From assembly GCA_965637545.1 (NCBI GenBank), contig OZ281496.1, positions 27,714,001 through 27,778,000 on the forward strand: a DNA stretch of 64,000 bases. The letters run 5' to 3'. This DNA is from Phallusia mammillata (lineage: Eukaryota). Within the stretch, counting starts at the first letter, position 1; every line of letters begins with the position of its first letter. This document shows positions 1 to 12,700 of the stretch, in pieces. The notes under the pieces were generated by a model. The model was not told the DNA's origin, did not search any database, and saw nothing but the letters and a program-made list of their open reading frames with translations. A program made the translations under genes and the position numbers.

Positions 1-226
1 GATGCACAGTTTGAGAACTAACTGCTATAAATGATAGTCGCTCACAGATCTATTAATTGGAACGTTTAGTTTTTGGATGAACGCTGACGAACATTCGCGC
101 TACAAAACTAGTTGGAATATAAATACAAAAATCAGTGTTTCATAAATTAACTCTACAGTAGGTTTTGTTCATATATCGCCGCTCTTTTACATAACAATTA
201 GGAATATGAACAACAAACATGCCTAC

Positions 227-305
227 CCGCATTCGTTTCAATCTGAGCTGAGACGCAGCTTATCAAGGCCGCACCGAACAAGGCGATGAAAATCATAGAC
301 TTCAT
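227..305 (-). CDS. Gene J, first (signal-peptide) exon; rest of gene lies beyond the left edge
   Basis: ATG at 305 reads [26 protein letters not shown]+G, then donor gtaggc. 79 nt, phase 1, close paralog of the gene I leader exon (7700-7778). Confidence 0.8.
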
Positions 306-1804
306 TACGTTAATTCTGCGGTGTCTACTGATTCTCAGTTTCTATTAGAAATGATTTTAATTAATTTTCGTATAAAGTGGCACTGTTTATTAAAAGAAAC
401 AAAACTGTTGTTTATTCAACTGTAAAGATAGAAGCTCAATTTGGACAGCTAATCCGTGTAAACGTTATAAAGTAAAGCTGCTTATACACTTGATATAATA
501 TGTCACACTTTCAAACTGTGGCTGATGCAAGTTGATTGTTAAATCTTGAGAGGACACAAATGGCAACAGATATGGTTAATAGTGTGAATTGCATGACTTG
601 TTTTCTATTTTAACAAGTAGCGGGACGCCTGTTTTCTTCAATACTATGTTGGCTAACTTATATACATCTCAATTGCTTTATCACTGTTACCATATGTGCT
701 ACATTACTGCTAAGTTAAAATACAACAACACAAACAGTCTGGTATATAGTTTGTATTAAGCATTAGAATGACCTCAACCTGCCTTTTATCAAAGTGTGTG
801 TTTTCGTACCCTTCACGTGTCTATTTATTGGTCGGTTTACAGACAAAGGTTGTTATAAAACAGATTGTCAACCACACAACACCTGCAACTTTCTGTGGTC
901 AATATTGTTTTATTGAATCAAAGCCTGTTTTCGTGAGCTATGTATGAACAAATGGACCCAAACCCCATTTTGTTGAGGTTTGGTCACGCGTGCGTTTCAT
1001 TAACTTCGCACAGAAAACAAACAACATTGGTAACATTGTTTTTCCTAAACGTCATGGACACATATCTCGAATAAATTAAATTTTTAGTCTTTGCAACTCG
1101 AGCTGTTTTTTTTTTAAATTTAAGGATACGAGCATCAGTGTAATTGGCTCTGAATTAGTTTCAAATATTTTCACGTTTGTTGGACCTTCAAATGTATTTG
1201 CTTATCCGAAAATATCGCTAGTAAGACTCCTCTTTGTTCCGTGTTTTGTGTGATTATGCGAAAGCTACCTAACGAAAGCTGTTCGAAAAGTTCTAACACA
1301 TCACCTAATCGTTGTGAGAATTGGCACTTTGTATCACACACCCTATATCGGCCATCAGTGTTTATTGAGAACTCTTCATTAGGAGTTTACATACCTACAG
1401 TTTACTTAGAAAATAAGTTGTAGGCGTTTTGCTGTACAAATGCATGTGAGGGTTAAACCCGATGTTGTACAATGTAAAAACATTAACGAATATGAAAAAC
1501 GCGCAATACAAAATGTTACGTCGAAAAAAACAAAAACAATTTTCTTCATTAACAAATGACAAAAAATACTTTGTTATTCAAGTAAGTTTCTCGTTCAGTA
1601 GTAGTAGTAAAAAAACATGAAGCCAATAGATGATAACCGTGTAGTTTCCAGACAGTGAACACGGTTTCAGCCGTAGGTATAACTTGTTATTTCTAACAAA
1701 CTAGGGTGCTGTTGGGTGACTACGCTACCCAATACGGCCTGTTTCGCGTCACCAGCTGCACTGATGGGACCTTATAGATTCGAAACAGTGTGCATTGTCT
1801 ACAT

Positions 1805-2152
1805 CAGTGGTTCCCAACCTTTCGTGGACCGTGGCCCCCTTAAAGTAACTTTTTGGCCTCGTGGCCCCCTTCAAGTTACCATGTAGGACCTGTGGCCCCC
1901 TTAAAATGTAGATAGCAATCTCGCGTTGGAATGCGGTATAAAATTTTGGCCCTAAACAGGTCTAATAGAGTAAATGAGCATGATAAACCTCACTGCAAAC
2001 AAATAGTATGTAAAATAGTCCATTAAATTCAGGATAAAGTTAAAGTGAAAATGACTTTTAGTGGGTGTTTCTTGTCAATCTACGGCCGTGGCCCCCCAGA
2101 ACACAGCTTGTGGCCCCCCTGGGGGGCCATGGGCCCTGGTTGGGAACCACTG
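1805..2152. mobile_element. hAT-type MITE (348 bp)
   Basis: TIRs cagtggttcccaacc / ggttgggaaccactg and 8-bp TSD gtctacat (1797-1804, 2153-2160). The paralogous site near 9692 is empty. Confidence 0.92.
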
Positions 2153-2250
2153 GTCTACATCTTTACCGCTTTTTTAAATTTACACAATAGTCAGCATTTA
2201 CACAGCAAGTGCACACATTCAAAACATAATATACACAAATATAATTGCAT

Positions 2251-5200
2251 TCAAAAGCCAGGGATAAAAATACTGACAAATCCAAGCGCCATGAGAAGGA
2301 GAATTCCCCCAAACAGTCGCAGTCCGCTTGCATCGTTGGTGGTAGTTGTTGTAGTGGAAGTGGTGGTAGATGTAGTAGTTGTTGAGGCATTACCTTGTAA
2401 ATATTAAACTGACATTAGAATTTGGTTGCAGTGTGTCAATGCGCAAATACCTTAAAATGTGCGCCAGTTAAAAGATTATTGGATAAGATTCCATAAACAA
2501 CATATATCGAGATAAAATGCTGAAATAAGTAGCTTGGAGTATATACTGTTTTAATTAGGACATTGTTTACGAGAAAGATCCTTACCACATGCCATTTGTA
2601 AAAAACAAAAGAAGGACTTGTTTCGCTCTTTCAGTTTTAAGGCATACAATGCATCTAGCATTTGTGGTCATTGATGTTGCTACGTTAATCTTGCTTAGAG
2701 TTAAGATCCTATATGTGCCAATACCAGACATTTTGTGACGATTTTTACCTGTACAAAAAGTTCCGTTTCCAGTGAATCCAGTCATACAGGTGCAAGTGTA
2801 ACTTCCCGCAGTGTTCATGCAATCGGCGTTTGTATGGCAAGTTTCGTCCATATCACACTCGTTGTTGTCTGCAAACAAGTTAAACAGAGGTCAAACTAAC
2901 ATACCATTGAACGGCGTGTATATATTTTTTTAAATAAAGACTTTGCGTTCTGGCGTTGGCAAAAAATGATTTTCAAAACGCATTATCTCACTTATTTTTG
3001 GTTTTTAATGGTCCAATTACTCATTACTTCACTCAAACTGCTACATGCAAAAATAGTCCAGAACCAATCTTATAAGACTGCTATTGTGTAGATACTATAG
3101 TAACGATACGATTGCAGTTTCGTTGCATGCAAAATGCACTCACCGACACAAGATAATGGATTCATGGATAAGTCCATGCTGAAACCACTGTTACAATTAC
3201 AAGCATAAGAACCAACGTTGTTCATACACGTTCCGTTTGTGCCACAATTGTAGCTGCTATCCATGCATTCATCGATATCTGTTGAAAATGCTGAATAAGA
3301 AGTGCGCAAAAATGGTGCGTTTATTATAATTCTCCTTTTTAGCTTGGGTGTATTGTGATTTCCACTTGATTTAACAGACTGGCTGGTCTAAATGTACGTT
3401 TCACGCTTGACCTACTAACAAATACGCTCCGGTTAGTTTAACATATGCTTTTTTATTTATGAGTACATTTTCGTCTTTTTGATAAACACAGCTGTAGTTA
3501 TGCTGAAAATACGCCTTCTAACCCTATTTCTAACGCTATTTCATTACTGTTTATTCTAACATTTTTAAATCGATCGTAGTTATTACTCAATGAGATGACT
3601 TAAAACTCAAAACAAAGTAAATTGTTTAAAGGAAGGAAACTTGGTACCTGAACATGTAAAACCGTCTCCGGCATATCCCGTATTACACGCGCAAGTAAAA
3701 CTCCCACCAGCGTTTGAGCAAGTAGCGTCACTGTGGCAGTTGTTTGTTAAAGCATCGCTGCATTCGTTTACATCTGAAACATGTAGGTTAAAAAACGTTG
3801 GGAGACTTTACACGAAATATTAGCGACAAGAAATAATTCACATTTTTGTTTAGACGTGCAGAACCTCGTTCTCTGCCGAACTTTATTTAACTAGTTGACT
3901 TAAAACAAGGCAAGCATGTAGTTTTTTGTTTGTTTATGTGTTTAACATTACCATCGGAAACGAATATTTAACAGAAAACTCTCTGTTGGCTGGACGAAAC
4001 TCCGTTTATTTATTTGAACATTCAGTAGAACTAAGATATTGTTTATTCGTTTTCAATATACACCTACCTTGACATATGTTTCCCGAATCCATTACGTAGC
4101 CGCTATCACACGTACACGTGTAAGATCCTGGTTGGTTCATGCACTGGACGTTTCCCCCTGTACAGCCAATTGTCATACATTCGTCGATATCTGCGAATAT
4201 GTAACTTCGAAGTTCTGATGTATATGCTAAAGACTTATCCTACGGCAAATTTGGCCTATTGGTGCGACTAGGCTTGTCGATCATTGCTGATACATATGTT
4301 CACATCTGAATTGAGAAACCGTTTGCGGCCTAACAAAAATGCAGTCTTTTGTGCAATACATTGCAGTTAAATGTTTTTGAAGCCCCTAAGAGTAAAATCT
4401 AACATCACATGACAAAATACACAATCAGTGCGAATGCTATGAGAGAAGCAGAATTGATATGTATCCTTCTTAAACAAAATTATATTTTTGACATTATTGC
4501 AAGTACATTAATAGTTTTTCCTGTACAGGTTACTCCGTCTCCATTGAAGCCTGAATTACAAGTTAGGGATAAAATAAAGAGTTCACGTCTTTAATTTGCT
4601 GCAAAATATATGCAGTCTCATGAGTCTCCTTACCAACACATGTTAACGGGTCAATGGCTCCGTTCACTTGGTAACCAGCGTCACAGGTACAAGTATAAGA
4701 ACCGATATTGTCGACGCAAGTTCCGTTCGTTCCGCAATCGTATCCGAAATCCACACATTCATTGGTATCTGTTAACGTGGTTTACCAGAATTTAAATAAA
4801 TTTGAAACACATGTTTTTAAGACAGTAGCCTATTGGAAAAAAAAATGTTTATTGAACGGTGGCTGGAGTCTGCTTGGTTTGATATTTGATTAGATGCAGA
4901 ATCCTCTGCCACTACCTTTTTTGCGCTATAAATGGATCGAATGCATGAGCAATGCTTAACTCTTTTCTCTATTTAGGATACTTACTTGTGCAAATCAGTG
5001 CGGAGTTAAGAACGTAGCCAGAGTTGCAAGTACACTTGACTTAAAATTGTTGTAAAAATACTAAAACGCTTTTTGTACCAGATCGTCACATGCTCACCAA
5101 AACATACACAGTGGCCCTAAACTTTGACAACGACGTAAGAGCCGCATAAAACCTGGCGGAGAGCCGCTGGTTGTCCGCCCCTGGCCGACGCCATATATGA

Positions 5201-7778
5201 TAACGGTTAGTACACTCTCGCTACTCCTGGTTATTCTTAAACTCTTATTTGTGACAAGATTAGCTAAATTTTGACTTGCTGTTAGTTACAACAGTTTGTT
5301 TTTGAATTACAATCTATTTGTAACATTTTTTTGTTTCAAGTCGGCACTTTTAACACCCCCTAAGCTAGTCGTAATGTTTACGGTTACAAAACTAAAATAT
5401 AAAACAAACATTGTGACTACAACTGGGTGTTTTCGTGTTTTTGTGTGATTTGATGTTTTCTCGAATTGCTTAATTTGTTAATACATGACCGAACCGCACC
5501 ATACGTCAAGTGCCTGTTTAATTTTTTTAAGTTTGTTTCAATTTGCACATTCGTTGATTATATTCGGTATATACCATTGCATAAAATACAAGTTGCTTGT
5601 GGCTTTCCTTTGCCACGACATACTTTTGCCATCTAGTTGATTTTACCCGTGCAAGTCATGCCATTGCCCGTGTAGCCAGTGTTGCAAGCGCATGTGAAAC
5701 CCCCAGGTGTGTTGGTGCAAATTGCGTTCATATCACAAGAGTGAGATCCAGCCATGCATTCATCGATGTCTGAATAATTAGAAAACTTGTGGTTGATAGA
5801 TGACAATCGTAAGGCACTGTATTAAATATCGAAATACAGAGAGTTTATCTACAACATTGCCTTTAAAACATTATGAAGCATTGTGTTAACAAATTAAATC
5901 TGGATCGTGCGTTTATCTAAAACGTTTATTGACTGGACATAGATTGTTTGCTTACCAACACATGTCAATGGGTCCATGGTTCCGTTCACTTGGTAACCGG
6001 TGTCACAGGTGCAAGTGTAAGAACCGACGTTGTCAACACAAGTCCCGTTTGGACCACAATCATATCCGAAATCTGTGCACTCATTGAAATCTGTAAAAGT
6101 GGTTTTAAAGAATTGATTCGACAATTGTGTTTTGCACTTGTTGGTTTGTTGAGATGTGCTTGTAAGCGTTATAAACTAGCTATATATCTCAACGTTGGGT
6201 CTACTATTTAGGTTATTATTCATAACTTTTATACGAGTTACCTACCTGGGACGCTGAACGCATGTCTAGTTAAAAAGGTTTGCCAGAAATATCACAAAAT
6301 AATTGTGAAGTGATATTGTAAGAAAACGGCGTTTGTTTTTTGACCTGTGGTTAACAAACATCAACCGATGTAATATGTTCTTGTAAAATGGATACTTTAC
6401 CTGCACAAGTTAGTCCATCACCAGTAACATCTGCATTACAAGCGCAAGTAAAAGATGGGTCAGTGTTGGTGCAGGTAGCGTTTGCGTGACAGTTGTTCAA
6501 TGTGGCGCTCGCACATTCGTTAATGTCTACAATGACAAAGGCCAACAGATCATACTTTGATGATTTATGTAAACAAAAGTGGCAAACGCTCCACTTACCA
6601 ACGCAAACCAGAGCTGAATTAAGTTCGTAATCTGTATTGCAGGTACATGTGTAGGTTCCAGGCATGTTGGTGCATGAAGCAGTTTGCAGGCCGCATTCTG
6701 TACCGTTTCCGCACTCGTCAATATCTGAAAAATATCAATAAGCAATTACATCGCGGTTAATTTTTGTGATTTTTCGTGCTTAGTTTAAATATCCAATCAT
6801 ATTTTTTAGTAGAAAATACGCGTTTCAATTAACTTGTGAAATATTTCTCGTGCTTTTTCAAATTTATTGTAATAAGGTCTACTAGTTATTAAAACCGTTT
6901 AGGTATATTTTCTTCACACGACGTCGTTTTCTTCATAAAAAACGCATTTATCTTACCCGTGCATGTTGTTCCTGATGGTACCAGTGCAGTGGTAAACGTG
7001 GATGTGCTCATGTCGTCATAACCAGAATTACATACGCATTGCAACATTGAGGTGTCAAGATTAGTGCAAGTGGCGTCGCTGGCGCAAGGGTGGAGTGTCG
7101 TAGAGCAAACGTCGGTAACTGTAATAATTTCGTTTTGGATTAATATACATGCCTCAGTAGTAATTACTCCTATCACCTCCTTTCGCGGCAAAAGGTGACT
7201 GGACAATATTTTGTAATTTTTTTTGAATATAGGTTCAGAGTAAAAAATGTTTTGATTTCACTTAAGCAAAAAAAGATACTTACAGTTTTCGGCGTTACCA
7301 CCAGCCCGTATGGCGTCTAGCGCATTCGTGGCGATTGTAGAGTTTACGTAGGCGATAGTTTCAACAGTTTGGGTTATAACGAATCCTCCAAGACCATCCG
7401 GTGTACTTCGTGTTTGGTTGTACACAACGATAACTGTAAAAACTAATTATGGTGAAGTGAATTTAAGCCAACAAAAACACAGCACTTTATTTATTTGTTG
7501 TCTATTTTGGTCGTTTTGTTTAAAACGATAGTATTTTACAGATGCTGATTTGAATTGATTGGAATGTTCAGTTTTGAACAAACGCTCTCAAACTAGTAAT
7601 ATATAACAAAGCATTTTATAACTTAAACCTAAAGGTGTTATTTACATAAAACCGCACTCGCATATAGCAATTGAGAATACAAATGAAAAACATGCTTACC
7701 CGCATCGGTGTCAATCTGAGCTGAGACGCAGCTAATCAAGGCCGCACCGAATAAGGCGATAATAATCTTAGACTTCAT
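2251..7778 (-). CDS. Gene I: predicted GPI-anchored protein with signal peptide, Cys-free N-terminal domain, 10 EGF/cbEGF repeats and Thr-rich stalk (~560 aa)
   Basis: Exons 7700-7778 ([21 protein letters not shown]), 7284-7433, 6957-7118, 6599-6724, 6401-6526, 5956-6090, 5647-5769, 4634-4768, 4068-4190, 3648-3773, 3144-3278, 2749-2868, 2251-2393 (GNASTTTT...[28 protein letters not shown]). All junctions are GT-AG phase 1, total 1683 nt open. D-I-[DN]-E-C cbEGF motifs present. Confidence 0.85.
4521..4563 (-). pseudogene. Relic 3' end of an EGF exon ([14 protein letters not shown]) with dead donor
   Basis: Reads as an EGF C-terminus but the 5' part is missing and the donor position is GA (G|gaaaaa). 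The same relic is at 12057-12099. Confidence 0.7.
4986..5039 (-). other. Half-EGF exon remnant ([18 protein letters not shown]), 54 nt, frame-preserving
   Basis: Matches the 3' half of gene H exon 12482-12610 and keeps donor gtaagt. An acceptor-like ttttaag lies at the breakpoint. Confidence 0.6.
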
Positions 7779-7944
7779 TACGTTAAATCTGCGCTGTCTA
7801 CTGATTTTCAGTTTCTATTAGAAAACATTGCAATTAATTTTCGTATAAAGTGGCACTGTTTATAAAAATAAACAAAACTGTTGTTTATTCAACTGTAAAG
7901 ATGGAAACTCAAATTGGACAGCTAATCCACCTAAGTGTTTTTAC

Positions 7945-8366
7945 TAGTGATGCACGGAAATTTCGGTTGGCCGAAACATTTCGGTCTAATACGCTGGTTT
8001 TCGATGTTTCGGTTTCGGCCCGAACTTTTTTGAAAATTCGGCCGAAACCGAACTTTTTGATTGCATGGAATTAATGCGCAAACTAGCATTTTCACCAATA
8101 CAAAACGTCATAAATTAACTAATTGTTTTATCTATAAAATACGAGCGACTTTGTCTGTAAAATATTGCAAGTTTAGTAAAGCTACGAGATGGTGATTTTG
8201 ATTTGCATAATTCACTTCACTCGCATCAACCACACAAGGTTCAGTTGAAAACGTCCATAAGAAAGGGGATTTTAGCTTCGGCCTGATTCGGCCGAAATTA
8301 TTCGGCCCCGTGGCCGAATATTCGGTTTCGGCCCGAACCTATGTAGGCGGGTTCGGTGCATCACTA
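7945..8366. mobile_element. hAT-type MITE (422 bp) upstream of gene I
   Basis: TIRs tagtgatgcac / gtgcatcacta, 8-bp TSD gtttttac (7937-7944, 8367-8374), internal ccgaa/ttcgg repeats. Absent from the paralogous region near 450-490. Confidence 0.9.
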
Positions 8367-9788
8367 GTTTTTACACACTTGGTGTGTTATGTCACAGTTT
8401 CAAACAGGTTTGCCTGCGCAATGAAAAATCTTATAAGAAGGACACAAATAGCAACAGATATGGTTAATAGTGTGAATTACATGACTTGTTTCATATCTTA
8501 ACAAACGATTGAAGGCCGGTTTTCTGCAGTACTCTCTTTGCTAACTTATATCTCAATTGTTGTTTTTTTGCTGTTACTACATTTGCGACACAATTGCTAA
8601 GTTGAAATACAACAACACAAACAAACTGTTTTTGCTTTATAGTTTGCAAGCATTAGAATGACCTCAACCTGCGTTTTATCAATGTGTGTGGTTGTCGTAC
8701 CTGTTACGTGGCTATTTATTGATCTGATTACAGACAAAGTTTGTTATGAAACAGATTGTCAACCACACTACACCTGCAACTTTCTGTGGTCAATGTTGTT
8801 TTCACGAATCCAATCTTGTTTTCGTAAGCCATGTATGAACGAGTCTAGAGATAAGGCAAACCAATTGACGCGAACTTCGTTTTGTAGAGGTTTGGTCACG
8901 CGTGCATTTCATTAACTTGGCACAGAAAACAGGTAACATTGTTTTTCCTAATCGTCATGAACACAGAGCTGTGATAAATTAAATTTTTAGTCTATATCAC
9001 ACGAGCTATTTGAAAAAAAATTTCAACACATACGAGCACCAGTGTAATTGGCTCTGATGTAGTTCTTGAATGTTCACGGTTGTTGGACCATAAAGTGGGG
9101 TTGCTTATCGGAAAATATCGCTAGTAAGACTCCTCTTTGTACCGTGTTTTGTGTTGTGTTAGGCGAAAGCTACCCAACGAAAGTAATTTGATCTGGTCCT
9201 TTTGTTCCAACACAACACTTGAGAATGGGCACTTTGTATCACACACGCTATATCGGCAATCAGTGTTTATTGAAAACTCTTCATTAACCGTTTACATACC
9301 TACAGTTTTCTTCAAAAATAAGTTGTAGGTATTTTGCTGTACAAATGCATGTGAGGGTTAAACCAGATGTTGTACAATGTAAAAACATTAACGAATATGA
9401 AAAACGCGCAATACGCAATGTTACATCAAAAAAACTTTTTCTTTATTTGCAAGTGGCATGTAAAAATGATTACTTTCTTTTTCAAGCAAGTTTCTCTTTC
9501 AGTGGTACCAAATTCTTTAAAAAGGCTTTGAGCCAATAGATGATAAGCCACAGACAGTGTACACGATTTCGACCTGTTAGGTATAGCTTGTTACTCCCAT
9601 CAATGTGTCGTTGGGTGGCTACAGCCAATGCGACCTATCTGTCGTCACCAGCTGCACTGATGGGGCCTTATGGGTCGAAACAGTGTGCACTGTCTGCATC
9701 TTTGCCATTTTATAAACTTACACAATAGTCAGCATTTACACAGCAAGTGCACATATGCAAAGCATAATATACATAAATAGAATTGCAT

Positions 9789-12700
9789 TCAAAATCCAGG
9801 GATAAAAATACTGACAAATCCAAGCGCCATGAGAAGGAGAATTCCCCCAAACAGTCGCAGTCCGTTTGCGTCGTTGGTGGTGGTTGTTGTCGTTGTTGTA
9901 GTGGAAGTGGTGGTAGATGTAGTAGTTGTTGAGGCAGTACCTTGTAAATATTAAACTGACATTAGAATTTAGTTGCAGTATGTCAATGCGCAAATACTTT
10001 AATATGTGCGTCAGATAAAAGATAATTAGATGGGATTTCATTATCAACATATATCGAGAAAACATGCTGACATAAGTAGCTTGAAATATACTATGTTTCA
10101 ATTAGGAACATCATTGAGAAGAAATTCTAAACAACACAAGACATTTTTTAAATCAACAACATAAGGACTTATTTCGCTCTTTTATTTTAAGGGCATGCAA
10201 TGCATCTAACATTTGTCATTGATGTTGCTATACATCAACCTTGCTTAGAGACCCTATATGTGCCAAAACCAGGCATATTGTAACCATTTTTACTTGTACA
10301 AAAAGTTCCATTTCCAGTGAATCCAGTCATACAGGTGCAAGTGTAGCTTCCCGGAGTGTTCATACAATCGGCGTTTGTGTGGCAAGTTCCGTCTATATCA
10401 CACTCGTTGTTGTCTATAAAAAATGCAAAATAAGCGTTAAACTAACATACCATTGAACGGCATGTATATTTTTTAAAAGTAAAGACTTTGCGTTCTGGCG
10501 TTGGCAAAAATGATCTTCAAATCGCATTATTTCAACTATTACCGGTTATAAATGGCCCAAATATTCAATAATTCCATCACAACTACTACATGCAGAAGCA
10601 ACACAGAATCAGTAAGGCTACGATTGCAGTTTTTTTGTCGTCCTATTAAAAAATTTGCTCACCGACACAAGATAATGGGTTCATGGATAAGTCCACGCTG
10701 TAACCGCTGTCACAATTACAAACATAAGAACCAACGTTGTTCATACACGTTCCGTTGGTGCCACAATTGTAGCTGCTATCCATGCATTCATCGATATCTG
10801 TGAAAAACATTGTATCAGAAGTGCGTTCATTATTTATAGTCTGTTAGTTGATAATTTCTCTTTTCTAGACTGGGTGTATTGTGATTTCCTCTTGATTTAA
10901 TGTGCTGGCTGGTCTAAGTCTACGTTTTACGCTTGACCTACTAACAAATACGCTCCAGCACTTCCTTTATTTATGAGTACATTTTCGTCTTTTTGAGAAA
11001 CGCAGCTGTAGCTTTTGCTGGAGATACGCCTTCTAACGCTATTTCATTTCTGTTTATTCCAATATTTTAAAGTGGATTGTAGTTATTACTCAATGAGAGG
11101 ACGTAAAAGTCCATAAAAAGTAAAAAAAAGTTCAAAGGAAGGCAATTTGATACCTGAACATGTAAAACCATCTCCGGCATATCCCGTATTACACGCGCAA
11201 GTAAAACTTCCACCAGTGTTTGTGCAAGTAGCGTCACTGTGGCAGTTGTTTGTAGAAGCATCGCTGCATTCGTTTACATCTGAAACATGTAGGTAAAAAC
11301 GTTGCGAGATTTTATCTTCCATTTCAAAATATTAGCGACAAGAAATAATGCACATTTTTGTTCAGACGTGCAGAACCTCGTTCTCTGCCGAGCTTTGTAT
11401 AACTAGTTGATTTAAAACAAGCCAAGCTTGTTGTTTTTTGTTTGTTTATGTGTTTAACATTACCATTGGAAACGAATATTTCTCTCGGTTGACTGGACGA
11501 AACTCCGTTTATTTATTTGAATATTCAGTGTAACTAAGATATTGTTTATTAGTTCTCAATGTACACCTACCTTGGCATATGTTTGCCGAATCCATTACGT
11601 AGCCTCTATCACACGTACACGTGTAAGATCCTGGTTGGTTCGTGCATTGGACGTTTCCCCCTGTACAGCCAATTGTCATACATTCGTCGATATCTGTGAA
11701 TATGTAACTTCGAAGTTCTGATGTATGCTAAAGACTTGTGATACGGCAAATTTGGCCCATTGTGCGACTAAGCTTGTCGGTCATTTATAAATATGTTTAC
11801 ATCTGAATCTGAAATGAAAAAATCTGAAATGAGAAACCGCTTGCGGTCTGTTGAGTAACAAAAATGCAGTCTTTTGTGTAATACAATGCAGTTAAACGGT
11901 GACAAGTTTTTGAAGCCCCTAAGAGTAAAATCTAACATGACAAAATACACTATCAATGCGACTGTCATGAGAGAAGCAAAATTGATATGTATCCTTCTGA
12001 AACAAAACAAAATTATATTTTTGACATTATTGCAAGTAAACCATTAGTAGTTTTTCCTGTACAGGTTACTCCGTCTCCATTGAAGCCTGAATTACAAGTT
12101 AGGGATAAAATAAAGAGTTTACGACTTTAATTTGCTGCAGAATAAATACAGTCTCCTTACCAATACATGTTAACGGGTCCATGGTTCCGTTCATTTCGTA
12201 ACCGGTGTCACAGCTGCAAGTGTAAGAACCGATGTTGTCGACGCAAATCCCGTTTGTCCCGCAATCATATCCGAAATTCACACATTCATCGATATCTGTT
12301 GTATAATTTGAATAGATTTGAAACACATGTTTTTAATCAGTAGCCTATTGGAAAAAAATATTTGTAGAATTGTGGCTGAAGTCTGCTTGGTTTGATATTT
12401 GATTAGATGTAGAACCCCCTGCAACTACCCTTTTTGCCCCTTTAATGGATCAAATAACTCGTCTCTTTTTAGGATTCTTACTTGTGCAAATCAGTGCGGA
12501 GTTTAGAACGTAGCCAGAGTTGCAAGTACACGTGTAAGTTCCAGGATTGTTGTCACATGAAGCGGTTTGTGCACCGCAAATTGTGGAGTTTCCAGCGCAT
12601 TCGTCAATATCTGAGATGTATGTGATGTTAGATAGCATTTCCATGCAACATTAACGTTAAAGCCAATCAGAAAAAAAGTAGTTAAATGTCTGCCCGCTTA

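Larger units (their letters stand above)
220..5030. repeat. Segmental duplicate of ~7690-12530
   Basis: Colinear similarity over leader exon, upstream spacer, terminal GPI exon, EGF exons and introns at ~7.5 kb offset. The copies differ by many substitutions and by MITE content. Confidence 0.9.

Noticed and set aside
2045-2407. 120-aa plus-strand ORF with a poly-Val tail
   Set aside because: It is the antisense of the Thr-rich terminal exon of gene I plus MITE sequence.
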